From Eledone cirrhosa (Eukaryota), in assembly GCA_964016885.1 (NCBI GenBank), contig OZ024741.1, forward strand, positions 381,176,001-381,240,000: DNA of 64,000 bases, read 5' to 3'. The notes under the pieces are model-generated. The model made no database searches, was not told the origin of the DNA, and saw only the letters and a program-made list of their open reading frames with translations. Positions 52,180 to 64,000 of the stretch are shown here, piece after piece (the first letter of the stretch is position 1; each line of letters opens with the position of its first letter). The position numbers and the translations under genes were made by a program.

Positions 52180-54450
52180 ACTATGTTAGGTCAAATATTC
52201 TGTTGGCGAAGGAATTAGCCCTTCGATGTTGACAGCTAATAGTTACCTCCGTTCTATCGTTAATCGGTAGAGGTCATGATAGAGTTATGTAATATGCTTC
52301 GGTAAGACAGAGGTCACAAGATTTTCTTCGTCCATTGAACGGTTGGGCTCTAGCCAAGATATCCCATGTTAGTGAGTGTTCTATGCTTGTTAATTTAAAG
52401 TTTTTAATGAGTCTAGCTAGAGATGTCGAACATCTGTTGTTAGGGTCTCGGAAGGAAAAAGAGTGCGCGTTATAGCGTACCTTAAAAGGGTTAGAGGTAG
52501 ACCCGATGAAGGAGCTGGTATGCGAAGCAGTTTTAACCGTGCACCTATGGACTATGTTGGGTGTCAGGCAATGACCATTTAGTGGGAATGCATTAGGGTA
52601 ACGGCAGTTGCAGTTACTTCTGCGGTTAGTGAGAGTAGGGTTGTTTAACCTAAGCGGTTGGTCAGTGCTAGAAGGATTAGATGGGGGAGGTGTACTCCTA
52701 GAGTAAATATTGGTGGAGTGGCGTGGTGTATTTGATGGGGGTGGTGGTACCGTGGTGTGGGAGTTATACTGTCTTAGTTTATGATGGTTACTGAATGCGA
52801 TGTGGCTAGCAAGGTTAGGTGTTGTGGAGAATGAGATTTTAATGTTATTTTTATTAAAGAGTTTGTAATATCTATGGTTGGGGGCGGGGGGATGTTTCGA
52901 TAGGATAGAGAAGAAGCGTTTAGCGATATTAGTGGCTAGATTAGATGAGAATGAGGGGGGGGGGGGGTTAAGTCAGCTGATATTTCTAGGCCTATTCCTT
53001 CTAGGGGTTCTAGTGGAGTTGGTAGGGGCCTTCATAGGGTTATTATTACCTGGGCATTTGTTATTTGTCATCCCCTTGCTCATTCTTAATCTAAGGTTGA
53101 TTTTTAGTTTGCTACTTGGAGTGGGAAGCAGGCCACTGCCACCATTAAGGTTCCCTGTATAAGTGCTGTTACTGCTAAATTCCGGCGAATCTGGCTATAC
53201 GCTAAGGTATTTCTAGTTCTAGTGTTAAGTTTATTATGGTTGTGTGAATTGCTGTGTTATGGCATTTAGGTATGTAGTAAATGGACTGTTCATAACCAGA
53301 TTCAGAAAGAGCCTTATTATAATATGCTGCATGGTTTATAAATATCTCCTCATTTGCTGATAACATGGAGATCCTATACGAGATAGATTTGATTACTGCT
53401 CTGATGACTGCCGGTGGGTGGTTAGAGTGTGGGCTAATATATGTAAGTGTTTCACCTGGTTTATGGTAAGGGTAATATAGCTTATTGTTAAGATCCAGGG
53501 TAACGACTAGGAAGTTTACTACTTTATGGTTCGGCTCGATGGTGATAGAGAAACCGTTATTTTTAAAGAATCTATGTAATTGTTTTTTGAGCAAGTCAAT
53601 GCCTCGATTAGTGCAATTGTGGACTGCAAATAGGGCGTACATTCCTGTATATTCCGCCTTGCAAGGGTTGGACTTCGGCTCTGATGTTATGTAATAGGTA
53701 AATTTAAACTAAATCGGTGATTTTCGCAGAGTCACTTGAGCCAATCGTGCTGTCAAAGTTGTGTCATTTCTAGTCCAGAGTGCTCCGTTGAATTCAATGA
53801 TGGTCTGCCTAGCCATAAGTATGATGTCAATCTCATTATTGGTTATGTCAGAGTTGGTGCTGGCTAGGGTTAATGCTTTGTTGAGCAGTTCCGGGGTTAT
53901 TGAAGGGTAATAGCTGTCAATGTCAAATTGGATGAACCTCATAGATTCCTTGGACCTTAGATCTGAGAACCATCTAATGACTTGGCCGGTGTTGGACCAG
54001 AACTTGTAGGTGATATCATCTCGTAGCCCAGGGATGATCCTATCAAGGATGTTCTTACTGATACGACCCAAGTCGGATGTGGTTAGGCTTATAAGTCTAA
54101 TAGATGGGTTCTCTATAAAGTTTGGCTTATTATCCTTGAGAGAAAAGATTGGGGTTGTTGGAACACAAGGGTGGATAAACCTATCCAGATGCAAGTCCTT
54201 AACCAAAGCCTTGGCTTTTCGTTTAAGTAAGTTTATACTGGAGGGTATATTTTTTTCATAGTTTTTATTAAGTTTCTTAAGAAGGAAAGAGTTGTAAGTT
54301 TCAGGAGTCATGGTGTACAGATTTTTAGTTTTGTCAGACATAACATGTAAGAGGTGGCTATCTTTAAATTTTTTTATAGTTGTTGCTAATTTTGTGAGGA
54401 AATTATTCTTGTGTCTATAATGCTTTTTGAATTTAATGCTCCTTTGGCTT
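52180..54450 (-). mobile_element. Decayed Penelope-like element (RT + GIY-YIG)
   Basis: IRLI..SDLGRISK, FIQFDIDSYYPSI, VNFL.VTLDL, SNHPP, CNCR..PLNGHC, FIGST..FKVRYNAH, CDLCLTE. Confidence 0.9.
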
Positions 54451-54504
54451 CTAACTAATTCACCAATCTCTCCTCTCCTATCTCCTCTCATATCTCCATC
54501 TCCA

Positions 54505-55690
54505 CCAAGGAGCGGTAAGGTAATTGAAGCATAGTAACTCTCTATGTCAAACTGGATGAATTTTGTGTCTCGTTTGTCCTCCATATTGCTGAACCATGAG
54601 ATTACTTCCTGGGTGTTGACCCGGGTCCGTAAACAATTAATCAGCTTCTTCCGCGGCTGCGGATTTAAAATAACACTACAAACGTCGCTAACCCAAGTAA
54701 ACTTCCTGGACGTTACACTTAACCTCGATAACGATCTGTACTACCCATACAGGAAACAAAACGACAACCTGCACTACATCCACCACCGGTCGAACCATCC
54801 TAGAAACATCACCAATAACCTGGTTAAAAACATCTCCCTCCGCATATCTAGTTTGTCCGCTAATGAGCAGATATTCGAGGAACATACGCCTTATTACAAC
54901 CAGGCCCTCAAGCGGAGTGGCTTCCGGGAGGAAATATCCTATTGTCCAGCTTCCATTAGCGGAACCAGCAGGCGACACCGCCGCTGGTGCAACGTGACGT
55001 GGTTCAATCCTCTCCACAATGCCGAAGTGACAACACTTATCGGGAAAATCTTCTTTAGGCTCCTCGAAAAACACTCCCCACTACAACACCGCTACCACAA
55101 CATAATCAACAAAAATACCATCAAACTCTCCTACAGCACCACACCTAACTTTGCACAAAACATCGTCTCCTCTAACAACAAAATCTCAACCCCTATGGAA
55201 GAAATAATCTAGATAGCAGTGGAGAGCCGACCAGGAGTTGTAACTGTCTTGATGGATCCCTTTGCCCCCTCGACAACAGATGCAGAGATCGTAATGTAAC
55301 CTACCAGTGCAACGTGAGGACGGACACCTCCAACAAAGCTTATATAGTATTAACCGCTTGTGACTTCAAGACCAGGCTATACCAACACAGACATAGTTTC
55401 CGAAACCTGGCCCGGCGTCACGCCACTACACTTTCGGGCCACATCTGGGACCTCAAAGATAACAATATAACCTATAATCTCACTTGGAGCTTACTATCCA
55501 GAGCCAACTCTTACACGGGAGAACGCCGTCCGTGTAACTTATGCTCGGAGGAAACATTACAAATGTTGTTTTCGACGGACCAACTCCTAAACAAGGAAGA
55601 CGAAGATGTAACTGCATGCAAACACAGATTGCGTAGGACTTACCTCGCACTCAAACCCCATAATGACCCGGGAGGGGGGGGGGGGTAGAC
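54505..55690 (+). mobile_element. Penelope-like element 3' half (54626-55690 plus) with an inverted RT piece (54505-54625 minus)
   Basis: VNFLDVTLNL, SNHP, WFNP, CNC..CP, FKTRLYQH, CNLCSEE on plus; FIQFDIESYYASI on minus. Confidence 0.88.
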
Positions 55691-56854
55691 AAGGGCTGAA
55701 ACACCCCACTTGCCGACTTTGTAATGGGTAACCCTGCTTACAAAGGTAGACGTAACTTCTTTATATCTTCTTTTTATATATTTTTTATCGTTTCCTCTAT
55801 ATTTCCTTCTTCCCCCATCCCTTCCTAGTCCTTCCACCTCAGATCTCCTTCTTTGTCGTCGTTTTTTCACCTTCTCGCCCACCCCGATGCAGCCCTTTGG
55901 TCCTCTCTAGCCTGAGTACACCCACCCCCTTATTTTATGATAGAATTAGCCGATTCCGCTTTTTAGAGCAGATGTGCTAGACCCCAGATACTTGCTTTCT
56001 TCTCTGGTGGCTGCCCCCATTTCTGTGATTTCTAGATTTATTAGTGGTATTTCTGCTTTAGTTTCTCGTATATCAGTAATTATTTATTGGGATTCTGAAT
56101 TAATTTTTCGTATTAGTTTTTCATATATATTGTACGAGTATTTGTGTAGATTGTATTAGAATTTATGTATTGTAGCACTATTTATATATATATTGCATTA
56201 GTTTTTTTTATATATATTGTATGAGTATTTATGTAGATTGTATTATAATGTATGTATTGTAGCAGTACTTATATATATTGTATTAGTATTCATGTTTCGG
56301 GATTATGAATTAATATTTCGTATTAGTTTTTTTAGAATGTTGGTCCTCAACTTGTTGACCTGTCATTGTAAGATAGCTTTGGCCGATTACTACTAACTAT
56401 CGTAGTGGTGGTAGCCCCCTGTAATGATGACCTCATAAAATTCTTTCATTACAATCTCGTATTTAGTATTCCTTCCCACCTATTAAACTTTTCTATAGCT
56501 TAGCAGTACCAGTGAGAGATTTGATGATTGTGGAAGGGGACTAGTAACCAGAAATGTTTTAAAAATATTTTTTATATTTTTTATATATTTTCTCCATTTA
56601 GATTTACTTATTGTTTCAACCCTCCTCCCCTTCTCTAGTATACATTTTTCGACCTTCTACATACTATCCTTAGAATCTGCTGTAGTTTTCACTTTCAACG
56701 CTTGACTGGGTTTCCTCCACTCCCTCTTCCTCTTTCTTCTACTGGCAAGTTCAGCTACCACTACCTTCCACAAAATCCCATGATAGAATCATGTGTGTTA
56801 ACAACAAACTTTTGACCAATCCTTGTGACAATCACTTTTACCATATATGGAATT

Positions 56855-56950
56855 ACCCCCTGAGAAGGTCGGTTATTCATTTACCAGGCTAAACATTTTC
56901 ATTTAGTCCAGAATTAGCCGTAGAAACGGCTTGAGCTCAGCCGTCGGGTC
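56855..56950 (+). ncRNA. Type I hammerhead-like motif with long stem II and stable stem III
   Basis: ACCCC-CUGAGAA-..CGGUUAUUC...GAAUUAGCCG..-GAAA-CGGC UUGAGCUCA GCCG-UC-GGGU; core position 8 is A, so variant or decayed. Confidence 0.6.
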
Positions 56951-56969
56951 CTACTTGTTCCTATATATA

Positions 56970-57025
<56 letters not shown>

Positions 57026-60000
57026 TATATTATATACATATACATATATATATATATATGTAGATAAATCTAATAATTTATATATATATATATGTACATA
57101 TATATAAATACATAATATATATATATATATATGCATATATGTATATATATACATGTATGCGTGTGTAAAAGTGTGTAGTCGCGTGTAGAATTCGTGTGTA
57201 CAACAATGCACACATGTACAACTACTCAAGTACACATCCTTATTAAATATTATTATTGCCATATCATCTGTTCGTCAATAAGAGTTGGGCGTGTTCAAAA
57301 AGTATTGAAACATAAGTCTAATGTATTGACTTGATGGGCCCATATGATAGCACGGAACCTATAACACCTTATAGAGAGTACTTGAAAATCATATATAAAC
57401 TAGCAGAAAATGCAGGATTGTACCACGTAAAGATTCCAAATTTCAATTAGATAAAATCTTCAACTACCTGCTCTTTGTGAAGTGACTACTTGAAAGCTGG
57501 TGAACGCAATCCGCAGGTACTTTCTAGTCACCGGGGGCCTGCATCTCGGCAATTGACCATTTCTCGCATTTTACTTTCTTCTTTCCATATTTTTTTGACA
57601 TTCGCATATTGATTTTCTCACCTTCTTATAACCTTCCACTCATAATCCTCTAACGTTCAATCCCCCTCTTTCCCTATTCCGTTCTCTTTATCTTCTGTCT
57701 CCCCTATAATTATGCTTTGTTGCACACACCCAAGTATTTGTGAGCATCATCTGTAATGACACCAATTTTAGAAATAACACATATACCCTTTTCTATTATT
57801 AGAACTGAATTAAGAATTGTTGGAACCAAATATATGATTGTTGTGTTTTTAGCACATAGACAGATATGTAGATATCAATGCTCGAAAATAATAGTTCTCC
57901 TAACCATGTATTAAAGTTACATAACATGACTCATCTATTAATCCCATAAGTGAAAGAAGCTGAATTATGATTAATATTGCCATCGCCCTATCGCCATACA
58001 CTTTCAAATTTACCGTTCCTTTCATTGTATAATTACAGAGTTTACCTAGATTACATTATCTTTATTTTGATAAGAAATCGTCTAGCAAACATTTATAGAT
58101 ATTTGTTTATGCACTTCTTACTCCATTCCACTTTTCTGCCCTTACTATGTAGATTAGTATTCCATTCAATTTTAAATCTATATTCCAACATTAATTGGCC
58201 ATCCATAATGTCATATTAGCAAGACGAACACGCCATTAGCAATGACGTTTATCGTTAGGAACCTCTAATTGAATATGATCGCAAACTTTAGCTTGCAGAC
58301 ATATGTTCTGGAAATTATTTGATTTGGACTTACACAAGAAACTTTAAAATTAATGTTAGGGTTTCCTTTACCTGGATTATCGTTTTCAATGCATAACCAT
58401 TGTTATTGTTCATCTGAATTTAAGTTCCACTACCATGTGGGGTAAGTGTGTCGCTTTCATGTATAAAGAAGCGCGAACTCTCAGAAACAGGCAAACATTC
58501 TAAAGACAGTATACAAAAGATTTGCAACTATGAAGTATAGTTTGTTTTTGCTTGGAGTGAAATTCAAATGTTTAAAAAAATTGGAAATAAAAACTTTCGG
58601 CACATTGAGTATAATATGCTTTTGCCCTTGGAAGGCATAATTAAAATCGTACAGAATTTCCCCAATAAAATCAGATCATAACAATAGTGAAATTGTCTTC
58701 TAAACTGCAAATTAAGATTGTGTTAAGATAACGTCTATTCACATTGACCAAAAAAATAATATCCTCTGTAAAGCTTCAGTTATACAGCGTAGTAATAGGG
58801 AAACTCCTGACTTCGGCTTTCCAAACGTATAAATCGTTCCAGATTTATTTAACTATTACCGTTACAATTTATCATTTTAAGGAATTGTTTCGAAAACGGA
58901 AAAGACAGTGATCAAGAAACGTAGTATTTCAAAACAGGCACAAATTCTTGCTATAATAATCGTTCATCACGAACTTTTCCAAGAACTTTTCCTGTAAGAG
59001 AAAGGCCAATAATAGATTTGTATGAACGCCTTTTAAAATTAGATTAATCAATCTCTGCCTATTTAAATGAACTATATACCTTTTATAGGCAAGTGGCAAA
59101 AAATGTATTCCTTCAAAGATTTAACACACTAAAAATATTAATTATTCTTCGAAAGATACAAGTTCAATGAATATAGATATGTGATCATATCAAACGTTTA
59201 CAAGAAGCATTTCCTCATATACATGCTTCATCAGTATTGTAGTAACACGAGTAATAAAGCAGTAGAATTGTAGTACACGAGTAATAAAGCGGTAGAATCC
59301 GATCAATATTTTGCTATGAAAATCTTCACTTTCATTTTTATACTAAAACTTCAGTTTTTCTTTGCTTCGTTCAAACGTATTGGAAATTAAAATGAAATTC
59401 TTTAAAACATTTAATGTACATATTTTAGTTAAAGTAACACATGTATTTCACACACATAAACATTTCTCATTAATCAAACAAAAATCAGATAAAAGCTGGA
59501 TGAATATAAAATTTCAATAAGAAATAGAAATTATTGAAAAGAGAACGTGTCTTTGCGCAATTGTTCAGTAAAATATGAATTGTATAACATGTACTAAATC
59601 TCACAGTCGATCATAGAATTGGCTTCAGAAGATTTAATTTCTTGAAGCACAATTCAAAATTCCAGTTAACAATAAAATCTTTCATCTTAATGCCCATAAC
59701 AAAAGGTATTAACATCTAAGATTGGCGGCACTTAAATTGAAATGAAAACTAATCAAAGTGCAAAGTTCAGTTTTTATTTTCAGCATATCCCGAAATAGTC
59801 AAAGTAAAAAATTTCGTAATCATCGGATGACGGCACTTTGTATTACATGTGTTGCATGGCATTATTTAAAAAAATTTAAATGTGAAATTAAAGATCACGT
59901 TATAATGTGAAATATTGCTCCAGGTATTTGTTAGTTTCTCTGAACAATATTAAAACTGGATATTACCTAAATCAATGATCAAACATTTATTAATATATTC

Positions 60001-60594
60001 CCCATTTTTTTTTCAAAGAATATTCGAGGAGAAGCATTGTACGCGGTAGACAATCTATAAATTAGAAAATATTATCAATGCGGATAGAAACCGTTTTTAC
60101 TGTAATGATATATAATCCACGTTAAATACAAATGATTTATTTTTTTCTTTCGGAAATGCCTCAATGCACAAGGTGGGCATATAAAGTTAAGGTTTTGTTA
60201 CTGAGAATAATGTTGTTTGACAACAGGACAAGACCACACATTTTGAAAATGGATAGAGTCGTTTAAATCAATATCTAATATTTAACTGCTGCATCGGAAT
60301 ATAAACATATATTTAATGTACAAGAACATAGCTGACAATTTAAAAGTATATTCCTCAATGCTCTATAGATTATATCCCTTTTTAATCATTGCAGACTATA
60401 TATATTCAAGAAAACAGCTTCAAATGTGAAGGAATTATTATCAATTAAAGAGTAGTTTCATTAAGATTTTATTACTAGAAACATGCATTGAAAAGTCATA
60501 TCTTCAGGCTGTCTTTCACATTGTTACTAAATACCCTGGGGAATATGCCACATTTTTGCAATGTATGATAACATGAGGACATTACATTGGGGAA

Positions 60595-60787
60595 AGGGGG
60601 GTTGATACGCAGTATCAGTAGAGACTCGGACGCCATGCTTTGCAGCATAGAGTTACACCCCTTTACGGTCTGAGTTCAAATCCCGCCGAGGTTAACTTTG
60701 CCTTTCATCCTTACGGGGTCAAAAAATAAAGCACCAATAATGCATTGGGGTAATTGCTGTCCTTTTGCCAATAAGCAGAAACAATTA
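60595..60787 (+). mobile_element. SINE
   Basis: Same family; B box, core and tail. Confidence 0.92.
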
Positions 60788-61947
60788 TGTTTGGGAAAGT
60801 TACAGATTTTGACATTGATGTAAAACCACACGTTTATAGGAAACCGAAGTTGTTTACTGAATACGCCTCAGCACATCACAGCTATATAAAAGAGTCTGCT
60901 GAAAGGTTCATAGAAAGAAAAGGACACAGGCTGAGAAATATATTCCCATGGAATTACCAAATGAGGTTTATTTCTCAATATAGACCCAAAAGGGAAATAT
61001 TGCATTTATTAATAAGAACTTTTGAAATTAATGCATGCAAGATTTCACAGTTCTAGCACCACTCTGTCAGAGTCCACCTATGAACCTTTCAACTGAACCT
61101 CATACTTTATTAGCCATGAAATGTCTTGTCAGTTCCAATTATTTTGAACGCAGTACTTAAACGGATTAACTGATATCAAATGGAAATTCAATCGAACGCT
61201 CGATTGTTTCTATTATTGAATTGCTTTTTTTTTCTTGTTATAATTTAGTCGAAAGAGCAGGAATACGGACCATAGGCTTTGGAAACCTTATCCAATCAAT
61301 GAGACTCATGCAATTGATAGTTCAGCTTCTGAAGCCTGATGTATATAACACGAAACAGGACAAAGAAAGCGTATTGTCAGTTGATGTTATAGGTTATCAA
61401 TAATTCAGTGAAATGTTTTGTATGACATTAGGAAGGCCAGAAGAAAATACATATACAATGGAAGAAAAGATTATATAGAATAGCATTTGGTAGGGATAGT
61501 AGACAGTTTAGTAGTTCAGAAGAATAAGGGCAGTCGCATTATATTAGAAGACTAAAAGAGAATATAGAGCAGGCTTATAAGTTTTTGTTTGTAATGCGAT
61601 GATGACAGATTCTGTCAGTAATATTGACTTTTATGGATACACTTTTATATGTTTGTGTATTATCAAATGCACGTTAGTGCCGTAATATAGGCAGCAATTC
61701 TTCCTTCGTTCTATGGAAATAAGATAATTCCACATGGAGTCATTCTAGGCGAATGCTACAAGTATGGCAGTCTGCATCTTATCTTAAGGCTCACTGAGCA
61801 TTTTCGTTTCATGTGCCGAAAGTAGAAAATTCTTTACGAGTACTGGCACGCCTGAAATGCCCATATCTACAAAAAGAGAAAGAACGACAGTGAAAGGGAG
61901 AGAGATACAGTGAGTAAGAGAGAAGGAAGAGAGAGAGAGAGAGGGAG

Positions 61948-62034
<87 letters not shown>

Positions 62035-63577
62035 TGAGAGAAAGAGTGAGGCATAGCAGTGATGGCTTAATCTTCGGAACACCAACTGCAGGATGTGTTT
62101 TGATCTCTACAGAAGATTTTGTCTATGTTATCTTACATGACGCTATCACTCATAGAGGTAAATGAGAGGTTTATGACCAGATACTGTTATTCAAGGAGGG
62201 GGAAATCTTTACCCGGATAACTGATAAGGGAGAGCCTACACAGATATTAAAAATGGAAAATGTTACAAAATGTTGTGTGCTACCAAACTACCTTTCATCA
62301 TAATGGTTTTAGACTTACAGACTGAAACAATTCAGAAGATACAGAGAAAGAAAATAACAGCATCTTATGCTGTTGTAAGCTTCTCCATCTAAGAAGATTC
62401 CGAAGCGTATCTCATGGGAATTTCTGTTACCAGAGAGCTACAGCCTCAATGGAAGTTCTGAGTCTGAGAGTCAGCAATGCATGTAAAGTTCCTCTCTGTC
62501 TCAGATGAATTTTGATCCCCCATCAGTCAAAAGGTAACTGAAATCATGTACAAGCAAGCCAATAAATAAGAGATGCCTTCAAGCAAGCTTAAGTATCAGA
62601 CCCTACTAACAATTACATAGAAAGATTTCCTATTTCTTTGGGAACACCTTTTCAAGTATAAGATTTGTGAAGACCAGTATCGTCTTAAATACACTTCATA
62701 TTATTGTTGAGGCTGACGTAAAATGCCCCTGGAATCTTATGCAGTGGAAATTACTGTGTACGAATGAGAAAGGTATCTGCCTTTACGAGATAATGCACAT
62801 ATTTTAGTAAAGAGGGAGGTTCCCAATCGCTCACGGTTCACTCTAATGCAGATCCCAACCGCACTGGTCTGATTAAATTGCAAGAAATGATGATGGACTT
62901 CTTCCAAATGTTGTTTACAGAGTGATCACTTTGGTTGTGGAGACGATGTTGGTGGTGGTCGTTTTTTTGGGGGGTTAGCAAAATAAGCGTTCTATGGACA
63001 ACGAAAATCTTGCAAGGGTGTTATGACTATTTTTGTAAACCATTCACTATTATCGCAGTTTTGTAGGCACGTTTTGCTGCTACCTGTTCAAAGAAAGAGC
63101 GGCCCCAAGGCGTCTGTGCAGGCGAGAACTGGAGAAGTTGAGTAGAAGAGCAGCCAGCATAACGTTGCCACAAATTGTTTTTTCAGCCACTTTGGAATGC
63201 CATTGGCATCATATATTTAAATGAAAGAAGTATCTGGTTTGTATGCAATGTCATCAAATATGGTACCAGCTGAAATGTGTAATGTTTGAGCGAATCCAGC
63301 GTGTTAACCATAAACGTAGTTCTATCCTATGATAAACTGCATTCCAACCAAAACTTAGTTATGTAGGTGTCATCACATTCTGCCAGGAAATTTAAGAGAT
63401 ATTTGGTTTCTACTTACAACAGATAGAGCTTTTAAAAAAAAAAGCTTTATTGGAGAAATATATATTAAAAGTCAATTTTATGTTGTTCATTTATATGAAA
63501 CGTATCTACAACTGGATGAGTTTCAATATGTAGATATATAGGTGTTTCGAATAACATGTTATCATTTATAATCTATG

Positions 63578-63730
63578 GAGGCAAACTGGCAGAGTCACTA
63601 GAATGTCATATAGAATGCTTTGCGTTATTTGTTTCGAGTCTCTGCTCTCTGTGTTCAAATCGCGCAGAGGTTAACTTTGCCTTTCTTTTATTCGAGGTCG
63701 ATAAAAAAGCTTTAGTCTAGTACTGTGGTC
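63578..63730 (+). mobile_element. Degenerate SINE
   Basis: TGGCAGAGTC..GTTCAAATC..GAGGTTAACTTTGCCTTTC..GGTCGATAAAA. Confidence 0.75.
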
Positions 63731-64000
63731 AATTTTACTTCTATATCTCTTTCTTACTTCTATTCTCTCAATATCTCGTTCCTTCTCTGGAAGAAATCTG
63801 TCTTCATTCAGATTAAGAAAAGATTAGGTTCTGCTAGTATTGAAAATGCTCTAGAAGTATTTCATATCGATACTGCGCATCTATGATTTATGGGACTATG
63901 CATGCATTTATACCCTATTTGCAAACATCATTCATGGTTGTCTTTGAAGAAAATAGTGCATGTACAAAATGTTTAAGCAGAAAATCGATGACAGAAGCAT

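Noticed and set aside
53709-54584. 291-aa ORF as a single protein with duplicated FD motifs
   Set aside because: Chance in-frame fusion of fragments from two different Penelope copies
56090-56335. Degenerate ~80-bp AT-rich tandem repeats (also small duplications at 26137-26210 and 59245-59298)
   Set aside because: Ordinary slippage duplications
60595-60700. tRNA gene (A and B boxes)
   Set aside because: SINE head; no cloverleaf, and followed by the SINE core
62050-63400. More GC-balanced stretch as host exons or old transposon
   Set aside because: No ORF of 60 aa or more in the track and no recognisable motif; needs BLASTX and RNA-seq

Overview
AT-rich animal genomic DNA made almost entirely of retroelements and microsatellites. 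An octopus/cephalopod source is inferred from the tRNA-derived SINE and the repeat content. No host gene, rRNA, true tRNA or CRISPR array can be supported, and most short ORFs in the track are microsatellite or antisense artefacts. The window has three zones. (1) 0.4-8.3 kb and 45-57 kb: Penelope-like elements (RT + GIY-YIG), an RTE LINE and a mariner, mostly associated with (TA)n tracts. Several carry 5' inversions, there is a 1.24-kb inverted repeat, and there are about six type I hammerhead-ribozyme motifs with palindromic stem III loops, long stem II rods and non-canonical core positions. (2) 15.2-42.1 kb: a 27-kb nest in (AAT)n. It holds five R4/Dong-type RLE LINE copies (three families, all + strand) and four Tx1-type APE LINE copies (all - strand), repeatedly arranged tail-to-tail. 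(3) AT-rich spacers with scattered SINEs. The most notable observations are: convergent (AAT)n targeting by two unrelated endonuclease classes with a strict orientation rule; a covarying 3' stem-loop shared by the three Dong families; a SINE tail resembling the Tx1 3' end; the atypical hammerheads, including a retrozyme-like 525-bp unit; and twin-priming-type inversions in non-L1 elements. All family calls come from motif recognition by eye, and boundaries are approximate.
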